A stretch of DNA of 59,127 nt from an uncultured Candidatus Bathyarchaeia archaeon (GCA_964396445.1 CAYNFI010000007.1:1-59127), one strand, 5' to 3'; shown: positions 1 through 10,166, counted from the stretch's first letter. Program-made: numbers and translations. Notes: generated by a model from the sequence alone, not told the origin.

Positions 1-27
1 CAAAGCAAAACCAGGTTATGTTTAGCT

Positions 28-291
28 CTAAGCACTTTCAGCCATAAGCCATTGAACTGGTACATCTTGGTAGGTGCCATCTGGAAGCCTTCTTCTAATA
101 GTGATAGGTAGAACGCGTTGAAGAAGTTCATATGCGGCTATATCGATGGGGCTAGTTAAGCCCTTAGGGGGTTTCACTAAAACCGGCGCACCCATAGCTA
201 TCTGCAGAGCCCTAGCTCCGATAATCCGAGCCTTCTCGAACCTTGTGAGTTTCGGAGGACCTATGAGCCCGATACCTTCGCTAAGCTTCAA
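28..291 (-). CDS. rpo6: DNA-directed RNA polymerase subunit Rpo6 (RpoK/omega)
   Basis: Signature [22 protein letters not shown] and [12 protein letters not shown]; TTG start preceded by GAGGT SD-like motif. Confidence 0.95.
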   Translation of the reverse strand: MKLSEGIGLIGPPKLTRFEKARIIGARALQIAMGAPVLVKPPKGLTSPIDIAAYELLQRVLPITIRRRLPDGTYQDVPVQWLMAESA

Positions 292-520
292 CGATACCTC
301 ACTCTCAAACCGGGGTTTCTTTACACCCTGATCTTAAAACATCCTCTTCCCTCAATGCCTGCAACTCCTTCACCGCGAGTTCTCAGCGAATAGGTAAAGC
401 CCTTCAAGGGTCTCATCTATACCCCTAAGGACAAACATGTGGTTTTAACACCCGAAGCCTAGATAACTGGGTAGGCATCCAAACCTACCTTGATATTTAA
501 ATATATCGGTTTTCATGTTG

Positions 521-641
521 GGCTTTGTAGAAATCCTCTCGCCGAATTCCTCTACGTGCTTAACAGATGCATGGCCCGGTCGACCGCTTGCCTCCTTTTT
601 GACAGGGGTTAGATGACGCTGGCGAGGATTTCTACAGGGCT
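521..641 (+). ncRNA. Putative ~120-nt structured non-coding RNA
   Basis: 13-bp perfect inverted repeat TGTAGAAATCCTC (526-538)/GAGGATTTCTACA (624-636), extended by G-U and G-C pairs; starts ~20 nt downstream of TATA-like TTTAAATATA (496-505); no ORF. Confidence 0.35.
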
Positions 642-1048
642 GGTTTTCAGGGATTGGTATGGTGACTCTTGACTGATATTCCTGTATAAACCTTACTCGT
701 TGATTAGAATCATACTAATGTGTATGCGAGGTTGCTACTCTTAGATGATCTTCAAAAGGGTAAACCTTATCGTTACATTCCTCCCCGGCGTCTCATCCCT
801 CGCTGTTTTTTCCACTGATCGACGTACAAAGCGCACGACATCTTCACCTCGCACTTCTTACATGCAGCTCTTATAGAGGTCCATTTATGAGGACAGCTCC
901 CGGACAAAAATATTCACCCACTTATTTCTTATGCAGGCTAGCATAAAAAGGGAATGGTGCTAGAAGTGTATTTTTAGGGTTTCATCAAATCCTAAAACGG
1001 TTCTGTCACAGGCCCCAACTTCTCCTGTAGGAATGCTTAAGAGTTCCA

Positions 1049-2173
1049 GTGAAGTCTCTCTTTCTAACTGTTTGGTGGTCGGAGGAGTTGACTCCGCGAG
1101 ACCGTGTAATAGCTGTCTTTAAGGGTTTGAAGCCCGATAAGGTTCCGTGGCAGCCTAGGCTTCATCACTGGTACGCCGTGAACAAGAAGCTTGGAACCCT
1201 CCCTGCGAAGTATAGGGATGCAGGCATCCTAGAGGTCTACGACGACCTTAAGGCTTCACCTCGGTCCTATCACTTCTTCAATGCTACAATACGTATTGTA
1301 CAAGGTGGAGATGTGAAGGTTAAGACTTGGGAAGACGAATTCACTATCAGCACGAAGTATGAAACGCCGAAAGGATCGCTTAGGGAGATGCAGAGAAAGA
1401 CAGAGCATGGAATCGCCTCCTATCATATCGAATATCCGGTAAAAAGCGTTGAGGACTTGCTCATCCTCGCCTACGTCATAGGTCATCAAAGCTTCGAGTT
1501 TGACATGCCGCTTTACGAAGCGGCGCGTAGGGAGGTAGGTGAAAGGGCTGAACCGATCGTAAGTGTACCACACCTTCCAATCCAGAGGCTTATAATATAC
1601 TATATGGGTTTCAAAGCGACGGTGCAAGCCTTATGGAAGTACCCTGATAAAGTAGAAGACTTCTTAAGCATACTAGACTTATCGGATGATATACGCTTCA
1701 AGATCGTAGGGAGTTCACCCATAAGGATCGTTAACTTCGGAGACAATATACACCACGACCTAGTTTCACCTCCATGGTTTAGGAAGTATGTCCTACCCTA
1801 CTACTGGCGGAGAACCCGTGAACTCCATGAAGTCGGGAAGTACTGTACATCACATTGGGATGGTCGGGTTGGAAAACTCCTATCATATGTACGCCAAACG
1901 GGTCTAGATGGAATCGAGTGTCTCACTCCACAGCCCCAGGGAGACGTTACGCTGGAGGAGATGAAGGAAGCCCTAGGCGATATGGTCCTCATCGACGGTC
2001 TACCCGCAACACACTTCCTCCCACAAGTATCAAATGCGGAGCTCAAGGCTTTCGCCGAGAAAGTGCTAATGATGTTCTCACCACGTCTTATACTGGGTGT
2101 ATCAGACATGCTCCCACCTGGGGGTGACATTGAAAAAATCCGCCTTATATCGGAAATGGTAGAAGCCTTCTAA
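1049..2173 (+). CDS. Uroporphyrinogen decarboxylase / MtaA-CmuA-like TIM-barrel protein
   Basis: 374 aa; GDNIH, SHWDG, DGIECLTP, ILGVSDMLPPG motifs typical of the UroD/MtaA fold. Confidence 0.75.
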   Translation: MKSLFLTVWWSEELTPRDRVIAVFKGLKPDKVPWQPRLHHWYAVNKKLGTLPAKYRDAGILEVYDDLKASPRSYHFFNATIRIVQGGDVKVKTWEDEFTISTKYETPKGSLREMQRKTEHGIASYHIEYPVKSVEDLLILAYVIGHQSFEFDMPLYEAARREVGERAEPIVSVPHLPIQRLIIYYMGFKATVQALWKYPDKVEDFLSILDLSDDIRFKIVGSSPIRIVNFGDNIHHDLVSPPWFRKYVLPYYWRRTRELHEVGKYCTSHWDGRVGKLLSYVRQTGLDGIECLTPQPQGDVTLEEMKEALGDMVLIDGLPATHFLPQVSNAELKAFAEKVLMMFSPRLILGVSDMLPPGGDIEKIRLISEMVEAF

Positions 2174-2228
2174 CTCCCCTAAGTTAATCGATAAACCTTA
2201 ATCTAGATGAGCATAAAAATCCTAACCA

Positions 2229-3305
2229 GTGCTTCAATTGAACGCGAGAGAGAATTTCCTCCGCGCCGCTGAATTCCAAACCCCTGAGTGGATTCCCTGC
2301 TCTGTATCCCTCTCTCCTCCAATCTGGCATCTGTATCGTGAAAGGCTAGAGGAGGTGGTTGTCAGGTATCCCTCGATCTTCGGGGTATACAAGAGGGGAA
2401 GCGTTGACTTCGATAACTTCGGTATCCGCTATAAGGGTAATAGATTTGAGGATGAATGGGGATGCCTCTGGCATTTCCTGATAGACGGTCTTCAAGGTCA
2501 GGTTGTAAGGCATCCTCTAAGCAATTTAGACGCCTTCGATTCATACAAGCCACCAGACCCAATTGCCCTGAATACGGTGCCAGCTGAAGGCTTTCCTCCA
2601 ACCCCAGGAAGCTTCAAGGAGGCATGTAGGGCAGTTGAGGAGGCGAGGCAGGCTAGAAGGTTAACGGTAGGTTCATGTCCCCACGGCTTCATGTTCCAGC
2701 GGCTCTACTACCTCCGGGGTTTCACGAACCTCATGAAGGACTTCGTCATGGAGCCACCGGCGCTTAGGAAGCTTGTAGAAATGGTTTCGAATTACAATCT
2801 AATGCTTATCCAGAGATGGCTTCAAGTTGGCGTTGATGCCATGTTTTTCGGAGACGACCTCGGAGCCCAAGACAGGCTTGCGGTCAATCCACGGGCATTC
2901 AGGAAATGGATCCTCCCAGCCTATTCTAAAATGTTTGAAGGAGTACGTGAAGCTAAGGCACATGTGCACCTTCACAGCGATGGGCACGTCATGGAGGTTT
3001 GTGAAGACCTAGTAGAAGTCGGTGTAACGATGTTGAACATCCAAGACATTGTAAATGGAATCCCTAAGATACGGAAGGCGCTTAAAGGCAGAGTCTGCGT
3101 GGACATAGACATTGATAGACAGAAAATCCTTCCCTTCGGAAAGCCGGAAGAGGTTGAGAGACATGTAGAAGAAACTGTTTCAGCCTTGAGATCACTTGAA
3201 GGCGGTCTCATGGTCACAGTGGGCATCTATCCTCCAACGCCATTAGAGAACATAGAAGCCCTCTGCAGAACCCTTGAAAGGCTGGGAGGAGGAATTAAGT
3301 ATTAG
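2229..3305 (+). CDS. Uroporphyrinogen decarboxylase / MtaA-CmuA-like protein
   Basis: 358 aa; DEWGCLW, FGDDLGAQ, HLHSDGH, C-terminal PPTPLENIEA motifs. Confidence 0.8.
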   Translation: MLQLNARENFLRAAEFQTPEWIPCSVSLSPPIWHLYRERLEEVVVRYPSIFGVYKRGSVDFDNFGIRYKGNRFEDEWGCLWHFLIDGLQGQVVRHPLSNLDAFDSYKPPDPIALNTVPAEGFPPTPGSFKEACRAVEEARQARRLTVGSCPHGFMFQRLYYLRGFTNLMKDFVMEPPALRKLVEMVSNYNLMLIQRWLQVGVDAMFFGDDLGAQDRLAVNPRAFRKWILPAYSKMFEGVREAKAHVHLHSDGHVMEVCEDLVEVGVTMLNIQDIVNGIPKIRKALKGRVCVDIDIDRQKILPFGKPEEVERHVEETVSALRSLEGGLMVTVGIYPPTPLENIEALCRTLERLGGGIKY

Positions 3306-3399
3306 AAGGCTTCAAAATTCATTCCTTAAAGCGTACCTTCCAAGGCTTTATCAAGCTCAACCAGTGTTCTGGCAAGATGGATAAGCTCTATATAAAACC

Positions 3400-3594
3400 C
3401 TAAACCTCACGAAGCTCACATTTCAGGCTTTTTAAGAGTTCCTCAGCCTGTTCAGGGCTCACCTTCAGCGTGTAGAGCTTTCCACGTGTCCTCAACTTGA
3501 GCTTAACAACCTCCTTCAATCGCTTTACCCTACAGTGTTCAGCCTGCTCTGCAAGGCTGAGAAACATATTTACGTCGTGAACCTCAGTAGGCAT
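3400..3594 (-). CDS. rpl38e: 50S ribosomal protein eL38
   Basis: 64 aa; VKLKLRTRGKLYTLKV matches the eL38 KFKVRxSRxLYTL pattern. Confidence 0.88.
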   Translation of the reverse strand: MPTEVHDVNMFLSLAEQAEHCRVKRLKEVVKLKLRTRGKLYTLKVSPEQAEELLKSLKCELREV

Positions 3595-3947
3595 TCCGTT
3601 TCACACATCCTTATACGCTTACTAAACCAACTCAACGCATCTATTAAGTTCTTCCCCCCTCGAATAACAATACGTGAGCAGTTTGTAAAGATGGGGATTA
3701 CGCAACTCTAATCATGTTAAGATAAACGGGGTGTATATATTTGTTCTAGAGCAAGGCTTAGGCGGCTTTTAAGGGTCGAAGCTCCCTGAAGCATGTCTTA
3801 CAAAGCCCATGGTGGACGTAACATTTAGAGCATACTAGGCGGCTACATCGCCTACATTTGAAAACAGCGGTTCTCCAGCCACATATGAGGCAGGTCTTCA
3901 TCGAAGCCCCAACGTTTATGTACCCTAATGAATGCCTTTGTTAGCAT

Positions 3948-4748
3948 TTAGCTTTTAACAGAGACCAATTTCTTAACTACAAGCCCGGCAACCTTCTTCC
4001 CAGACAGGAGCATGCCTCCAAAAATTGGGCCCATTCTTGGAGTCTGGTGTAGGGCTGCAACAGCCATCCCAGCGGCGAATAGACCAGGACAGACTTCCCC
4101 TGTCTTCTCAACTGTCAGAACCTCAGCCATAGGAGCCCACATCGCCTTCTCCCCGGGAACCGCGAGGTTGAGCTCAGGGATCTTCCTCGAAGCTACGCTC
4201 AGAACCTCCGCGTCGTGACCTGTGCAGTCGATGACGGCCCTCGCCTTAACAGCCAGTGGATCAACGTGGAGCCCAGCCATGGTAACCGCGGTCCATTGTA
4301 CAACGACACCCTTTACCTCAGGTGGAGAATTCCTGTAGATGAGGTCGTCGACGACCACGCCGAGGATTATCCGAGCCCCAGCGTCTAAGGCACCTGAAGC
4401 CAGTTTCGCGATCATCTCCGCGGTGTCAACGACGTATACACCCTCACCCATGGGTTCGAGGCGGCATCCAACTTCACGGAGGATATCGTCCGCAGGTGCC
4501 TGTACCACAACCTTATGGAAGAGCATGCCACCGCCACCGATTCCTCCTCCGAAGGATAACCGCCTTTCGAAGAGCACAACCTTTAGCCCAGAGTTGGCTA
4601 AGTAGCGTGCAGCCGTTAAACCTGCGGGACCAGCTCCTACAACTACGACATCTGTCTCAGAGAGGCTCACCCAGTCCTCTGCAGATTTCTGGACGATGAA
4701 GCGGGTTATGAGGGCTTCATCAACAGCCTTGATTCCCTCAGCCTTCAC
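3948..4748 (-). CDS. thi4: Sulfide-dependent adenosine diphosphate thiazole synthase (non-Cys THI4)
   Basis: [23 protein letters not shown] (His where suicide THI4 has Cys), [14 protein letters not shown]. Confidence 0.93.
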   Translation of the reverse strand: MKAEGIKAVDEALITRFIVQKSAEDWVSLSETDVVVVGAGPAGLTAARYLANSGLKVVLFERRLSFGGGIGGGGMLFHKVVVQAPADDILREVGCRLEPMGEGVYVVDTAEMIAKLASGALDAGARIILGVVVDDLIYRNSPPEVKGVVVQWTAVTMAGLHVDPLAVKARAVIDCTGHDAEVLSVASRKIPELNLAVPGEKAMWAPMAEVLTVEKTGEVCPGLFAAGMAVAALHQTPRMGPIFGGMLLSGKKVAGLVVKKLVSVKS

Positions 4749-4808
4749 ATAACCACCTCGGTACAGGGACAGAGGTACATGAGCCTTATATTAACCTAGC
4801 CTTCATCA

Positions 4809-5276
4809 TCAAAGCCTCATAAAATAATGGATCTGCCGCGCTACCTCTTGAAAGCCAATCTTGGGATAGAACCTTTGTGCAGCCTCGTTCTGCTCCAAGG
4901 CTTCAACCTTGGCATACTCTATACCACTCTCCTTAAAATACCTAAGAGCTGTTCTCATCAACTGTTCTCCAACACCACGTCTACGGTACATCGGTAAAAC
5001 CGCCATGTTGGGAATACGCCCAACCCTGGTTTCACGGTCAAGAATTGTTGTTACATAGCCTATAACCCTTCCATCCTCCTCGGCGACGAATACGCCCTCT
5101 GAATTCGCCTGAACGTCGGCTTCTACACTGCGCCGCTTACGCCACCGCCAATCAGTTTCACCTAGTCTACCGAAGACTCTCTCGATGTTCTGATCGATTG
5201 AAACACCAGCGAAACATACGACGGTTATGTCCATGACGGTTTCCACGTCAGTTTCACGGAATTGCCTAATGATCAC
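4809..5276 (-). CDS. GNAT family N-acetyltransferase
   Basis: AVLPMYRRRGVGEQL acetyl-CoA motif A; NEAAQRFYPKIGF motif B. Confidence 0.85.
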   Translation of the reverse strand: MIIRQFRETDVETVMDITVVCFAGVSIDQNIERVFGRLGETDWRWRKRRSVEADVQANSEGVFVAEEDGRVIGYVTTILDRETRVGRIPNMAVLPMYRRRGVGEQLMRTALRYFKESGIEYAKVEALEQNEAAQRFYPKIGFQEVARQIHYFMRL

Positions 5277-5401
5277 GTAGGATCTCCTCCCCAGTATTGC
5301 ATCTCAATACCTAGAATAAATAATAAATTTTGACCCAGTCCTTTATGATGTGTAGGGAAACGACTTTTATATCCTTAATGAAAGAAAGGTCGCTATAGAA
5401 G

Positions 5402-5989
5402 GTGACTGGTTTGGGTTCAGGGAAGTGGGTTAGGAGCTTTATTGCCTTCGACATAATTAACGAGGAGGTTTTGCAGGGGCTCACCCAGATGCAGAAGCTT
5501 CTCATTGAGACGGGAAACGACTTAAAAGTAGTTGAAGCTGCGAATATACACGTCACACTCCGCTTCCTCGGGGAACTTTCACCCGACTTGATCGAATCGG
5601 TTGGCGAAGAGATGGCGAAGGTAGTGTTTAAACCGTTTAAGATCGAGCTGCGTGGATTGGGTGTATTCAAGGATTTCCGCTACATCACCGTTGTCTGGGT
5701 AGGGATAGGAAGGGGTGTAGACGAGCTGAGGATAGTCTATAACCAACTGGAACCTAGGCTGCGGAAACTAGGGATAAGACCAGATGATAAAGGATTCAGC
5801 CCTCACATTACGATAGCAAGGGTAATGGCTGTTCATAACAGGGAGCGGCTTGTTAACTTGGTCAAGGGAAATGCTGAGCATGTGTTTGGAATCTTTGAAG
5901 GTAATTCGTTGAGGTTGAAGAAAAGCGTGTTAACCCCTATGGGACCGGTATACAGCACGCTGAAAGAAGTTAGGCCTATTGAAGGTTAA
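5402..5989 (+). CDS. thpR: RNA 2',3'-cyclic phosphodiesterase (2H family)
   Basis: RSFIAFDI, two HxT motifs (HVTL, HITI); directly upstream of cca as usual in archaea. Confidence 0.92.
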   Translation: MTGLGSGKWVRSFIAFDIINEEVLQGLTQMQKLLIETGNDLKVVEAANIHVTLRFLGELSPDLIESVGEEMAKVVFKPFKIELRGLGVFKDFRYITVVWVGIGRGVDELRIVYNQLEPRLRKLGIRPDDKGFSPHITIARVMAVHNRERLVNLVKGNAEHVFGIFEGNSLRLKKSVLTPMGPVYSTLKEVRPIEG

Positions 5990-6055
5990 GGATACCTTGA
6001 AATACTGAGCTACGTGTTTAAATCACGTTACAGAAGCCTTACGTAAAAGCATTGT

Positions 6056-7486
6056 ATGCAGGAAGTGCAGAACGCTTTGGAAGATATCCTCTCCCAAGTT
6101 CTTAGATTGGTAACACCAGGGAAGGATGAAGCCCTTAAGGTGACTGAATTATCGGAAAAGGTTAGGAACCGAGTTGAAAGGTTCACCGATGAGGTTGGCT
6201 TGAAAGCTGACGTGATGGTCTACGGCTCTGTGGCGAAGGGGACATGGATAAGTGGCGAAGTTGACGTGGATATATTCCTAAGGGTTTCCCCATCCCTGCC
6301 TCGGAAGGAAATGGCTGAGAAATCGTTGACTATAGGCAAGAGGGCTGTTGAGGTACTAGGCGGTTCTTGGGTTGAACGTTACGCTGAACACCCATATGTG
6401 GAGGGGTGGGTTGAGGGGGTGAGAATTAACATCGTGCCATGTTACGCCGTGGCTAAGGGTCGATGGCTTAGCGCCGTTGACCGAAGTCCCTTCCACACAG
6501 AGTATGTACGACTGAAGCTAGATGCTGACAAGAGGATGGAAGTGAGACTTTTAAAAAAGTTAATGCGTGGTATCAACGTCTACGGGGCTGACATAAAAAT
6601 TGGGGGATTCAGCGGATACTTATGCGAGCTTCTTATCATTCACTACGGTGGTTTTATAAAAACCCTAGAGGCGGTAAACCTTTGGAAGCGAGGTGAAGTC
6701 ATCGACATCGAGAACCACTTTAAAGGTAAAGTGGGGGAAGCCATAAGGCTCTTCCCCGAACCCCTCATTGTCGTAGATCCAGTTGATGAGACGAGGAACG
6801 TTGCAAGCGCCGTTTCTTTTTCAAAGCTCTGCGAGTTTATAGCAGCTGCTAAATACTTCCTAGAAAAACCAAGCATCGAGTTCTTTTCCCCCTCTGAACC
6901 GACCATTCCCAAACCTAAGGAGCTATCTGATGTCTTAAAGATCCGTGGCTCAGCCATGCTCTTCATAGGTTTCGGGAGGGTTGAAGCAGTTCCCGATATT
7001 TTATGGGGACAGATGTACCGAAGCCTAAGAGCGATTTCAAGGCTTTTACATCAACATGGCTTCAATATTTTAAGAACAACTGCATGGAGTGATGAACGCT
7101 CCCTCAACGTCCTTATCCTTGAGATAGACCGAAAGGTTCTCCCCAACGTTAAACTCCATTTTGGCCCCCCCGTGTGGGCTTTAGAGAGCAAAGGTTTCCT
7201 TGAGAAGTACGTTGGGAATTCCATAGTCGTTGCGGGTCCGTGGATAAGAGATGAAAGGTGGGTTGTCGAGGTTCTAAGGAAGCATGTTGATGCCGCTGAT
7301 ATCCTGAGAGAGGCTTTAAAAGATGGGGGTCTTAGCGTAGGGATCAGGGGTAGAGTAGCTCAGACCCTAAGAGAAGGCTTTAGAGTCCTTATTAATGAAG
7401 AAGTTGAAGAACTCTGTATCGGAAACAAAGCTTTCACATCCTTCCTAACACAGTACTTGAAAGGTATACCAGTTTGGCTTAGGTAA
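6056..7486 (+). CDS. cca: Class I archaeal CCA-adding enzyme
   Basis: GSVAKGTWISGEVDVDIF nucleotidyltransferase motif, YAEHPYV, AVDRSPFHT, GGFSGYLCELL, VDPVDETRNVA. Confidence 0.95.
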   Translation: MQEVQNALEDILSQVLRLVTPGKDEALKVTELSEKVRNRVERFTDEVGLKADVMVYGSVAKGTWISGEVDVDIFLRVSPSLPRKEMAEKSLTIGKRAVEVLGGSWVERYAEHPYVEGWVEGVRINIVPCYAVAKGRWLSAVDRSPFHTEYVRLKLDADKRMEVRLLKKLMRGINVYGADIKIGGFSGYLCELLIIHYGGFIKTLEAVNLWKRGEVIDIENHFKGKVGEAIRLFPEPLIVVDPVDETRNVASAVSFSKLCEFIAAAKYFLEKPSIEFFSPSEPTIPKPKELSDVLKIRGSAMLFIGFGRVEAVPDILWGQMYRSLRAISRLLHQHGFNILRTTAWSDERSLNVLILEIDRKVLPNVKLHFGPPVWALESKGFLEKYVGNSIVVAGPWIRDERWVVEVLRKHVDAADILREALKDGGLSVGIRGRVAQTLREGFRVLINEEVEELCIGNKAFTSFLTQYLKGIPVWLR

Positions 7487-7519
7487 GATAAGATCCAAGG
7501 CAAAACGCTGCGTTAAACT

Positions 7520-8296
7520 ATGTCCCAATATAGTAAACTACCACTGGAATGTTTCATAGAAAACACGACGTACGGCTTGATACTTAGTTACCCGATATAT
7601 AAAGCATCCGAGGTTTGCCAGAGGGTTGCTGAGATGAGATGCCTCGGTGTCCACGCCGTAGAGCTTGTCGGTGAAAAGCACGTTTACGAGATGCCTATTC
7701 TGGGGAAAGGCTGCGTAGGTATCGTGGTGAAAGCCTACACTGATGCTGGGGAAGTAGCTTTAAAAGTGAGACGTCTTGATGCGGACAGGGGGAGTATGCT
7801 CAGGGAAGCCGAAGCCATACGTAGGGTCAACAGCCTAAACATAGGTCCTAGGCTTCAAGGAGCGAGTGCAAACTTCATCGTTATGGAGTATATACAGGGA
7901 AAGCTTCTCCCTGTATGGGTTGAAACACTGAAGGGAAGAGGGAAAGTTGCAAGGCTTAGAAAAGTGTTAAGGATGATCCTTGAAGATTGCTTCAAACTGG
8001 ATATGGCAGGGATTGACCATGGAGAACTCAGCTTTGCACCTAAGCATATAATAATCGAAGCTACGGATAGGCCTAGGATCATCGATTTTGAAACTGCAAG
8101 CTTCACAAGGAGACCGTCAAACGTGACTTCGATAAGTCAATACCTCTTCATCGGAAGCAAAACGGCGAAAAACATTCGGAGGATTCTGGGAAAAATCGAT
8201 GATACGGCATTAATCAAAGTACTTAAAGCCTATAAAAACGATAAGAGCCGTGAGAGTTTCCAAAGGATCATCACCATTTCCCAACTAAAACCGTGA
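7520..8296 (+). CDS. Archaeal Ser/Thr protein kinase (RIO/Bud32-like)
   Basis: LGKGCVGIV, VALKVRRLDA, IVMEYI, HGELS, IIDFETAS. Confidence 0.85.
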   Translation: MSQYSKLPLECFIENTTYGLILSYPIYKASEVCQRVAEMRCLGVHAVELVGEKHVYEMPILGKGCVGIVVKAYTDAGEVALKVRRLDADRGSMLREAEAIRRVNSLNIGPRLQGASANFIVMEYIQGKLLPVWVETLKGRGKVARLRKVLRMILEDCFKLDMAGIDHGELSFAPKHIIIEATDRPRIIDFETASFTRRPSNVTSISQYLFIGSKTAKNIRRILGKIDDTALIKVLKAYKNDKSRESFQRIITISQLKP

Positions 8297-8479
8297 AGCC
8301 TAATGTGATTATCCTTTAATTAAAGCCTTAATCCTCGCTGTGGCTGAACATGATCTGTATACGGGATCATATGATAGACATAAATACCATTCAGTTAGGA
8401 AGCCTTATTGTTGAGGTTACTGCTTAAAAAAACATCCCTGAAGCTTAAATAAGGGTAAATCACCTTAATGTGAAACGCT

Positions 8480-8609
8480 GGGGCCGTCGTTCAGCTTGGT
8501 CTAGGTCTATCCGCCAAGAGGATCCCAGTGCACTTAGATGCGGGGAGCCTGGGGCGCGATGGAGCACAGACCGCTGGTGATCGTGGGTTCAAATCCCACC
8601 GGTCCCACC
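8480..8609 (+). tRNA. tRNA-Pro(GGG) with three introns (8503-8518, 8529-8547, 8555-8571)
   Basis: Acceptor GGGGCCG/CGGTCCC, T-arm GTGGG-TTCAAAT-CCCAC; removing 16+19+17 nt gives a 78-nt cloverleaf with anticodon GGG at 8551-8553; each intron folds as a bulge-helix-bulge; TATA-like CTTAAATA upstream. Confidence 0.88.
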
Positions 8610-8662
8610 TAGTCATAACCTAGGCTAACTGAGTTCTAGCACATCCAGCAGTAGCAGATTGC

Positions 8663-9991
8663 TTAAACGATTGTTTTGGCTACGCTGCTGTAGTATTCTC
8701 TGTCAAATCTAGCCAGTTCCTCGGGCATCTTCGACCAGGCTTGCGCTGTACGCCAGATACATACATAGTTTTCTAGAGCTACTCTGATGTCATCACTTGT
8801 AGGTACAACGTTGTGGTATCCAGGTAATCCCATGGACCCATAGTAGCACCACAGCCCTACGGCGTTACTGACCTGATATCCGCTTACGGTATAGCGTAGG
8901 AACTCCTCTCTCTGAAGCCCGTCACGTCCAGCCTCTCCACTTAGCACGTAATCAGCATAGGCATAGACGAAGGGAAGTGTGACGCGGCAGGTTCCGAAGG
9001 GCTCAGTACTCGAATGGAGATACAGTAGGCGGTCTCCAAGAATGGCTCTGGCGCGTCGAATCATGTAGTAACCAGGACGAAAATCATCGCGGTGTCCACA
9101 CCAGCCGTCGAAGTAAAGTCCATCAACACCATACTCGCTTAGAACACGCTGCATCTCGGCGAAGACATCTGGGGCATTAGAGTAGTACGGGCTGAGGTAG
9201 ACTACAAACTTCATACCAAGCCTATGGGCTTCATCGCGCACCCTGGTGAACTCATTCATGTCAGCTGGCACTGGATGGTCTGTCTCCCAAGGCTTAGGAT
9301 GTTTATACCTCGCACCGGGAGGGTTCTCAGCCCATTCAGGCGCATCAGCTGCCCAAGCTTCGTGAACCGTAAATATCTTACAGTATCTGGCGTCGCTGTG
9401 AATGATCTCGTTTGAGGGATAAGGATCTTGAGCGCTTCCTTCATGGGCAACGGATTCACAGAACTTCCCCGGATCACGCTCACGCGGGGGACATACTGAA
9501 ACCCAAAGCTCATCCCATCGTGCTAAATGAGTTAGAATAGACCAGCTCTCCGTGTCTATACCTTCCACCTCGGTAGGCCTCGGGGGAATACCGTAGAAGC
9601 CGCAGCCTCCCATAGGGTCTAGAAGAAGCCTGTTACCCCTCACTTCTTGCGCATAACGGGGTTGAAAATACCCGGTGAACGAAAGTCGGAGGTGTTGTTG
9701 AGGTGTAAAAACAAACGTGGAATCGCCTTGCACGGTTAAGCGTAGACCATTGCCTTGGAATATGCAGCGAAAAGGTGATTGATGGATGAATTTCCAAGGA
9801 GAAAGGTGAGGGGGAAGCTGACAACTTATCAACCTTCTCTTCACACCTATTCGTTGTTCGACGTCAAAAAAACCATTGCTTTCGAGGATTACTTTTGTCC
9901 CAGTAGTGAGAACTGTGAACCCTGTAACATCGGTTTGAACTTGTTTAATGCCCATATCCATGAGAACTCGGTCATCTAGTTCTAAATCCAT
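8663..9991 (-). CDS. Hypothetical protein with putative glycoside-hydrolase-like TIM barrel
   Basis: 442 aa; C-terminal HRLGMKFVVYLSP...GVDGLYFDG pattern seen in GH-like barrels; family not determinable by eye. Confidence 0.55.
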   Translation of the reverse strand: MDLELDDRVLMDMGIKQVQTDVTGFTVLTTGTKVILESNGFFDVEQRIGVKRRLISCQLPPHLSPWKFIHQSPFRCIFQGNGLRLTVQGDSTFVFTPQQHLRLSFTGYFQPRYAQEVRGNRLLLDPMGGCGFYGIPPRPTEVEGIDTESWSILTHLARWDELWVSVCPPRERDPGKFCESVAHEGSAQDPYPSNEIIHSDARYCKIFTVHEAWAADAPEWAENPPGARYKHPKPWETDHPVPADMNEFTRVRDEAHRLGMKFVVYLSPYYSNAPDVFAEMQRVLSEYGVDGLYFDGWCGHRDDFRPGYYMIRRARAILGDRLLYLHSSTEPFGTCRVTLPFVYAYADYVLSGEAGRDGLQREEFLRYTVSGYQVSNAVGLWCYYGSMGLPGYHNVVPTSDDIRVALENYVCIWRTAQAWSKMPEELARFDREYYSSVAKTIV

Positions 9992-10166
9992 ATCAACCCT
10001 CTGTAATTAAGTTAGGTTACCATGAATACTTAAGGTTTCTTTCGAGTGCTCAAGGATTCGGCGCGTGACTAGTTCACAGGTATCTACTTCCCAGCCATCC
10101 TGGAACACTGTTTACAACATAATAAAGCTGAAAAGAAGGGTATGACTGTAGGTTTTTCTGATTTAT

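Noticed and set aside
3640-3945. Possible ncRNA between rpl38e and thi4 (TATA-like TATATATT, hairpin TAGGCG-N7-CGCCTA)
   Set aside because: Only a 6-bp hairpin; no TPP riboswitch, RNase P or SRP signatures recognisable.
5311-5670. 119-aa minus-strand ORF and many other 60-220 aa ORFs in the track (e.g. 13440-13925, 20620-21273, 33459-33905, 55637-56152)
   Set aside because: Antisense or alternate-frame shadows of well-supported genes, with no motifs.
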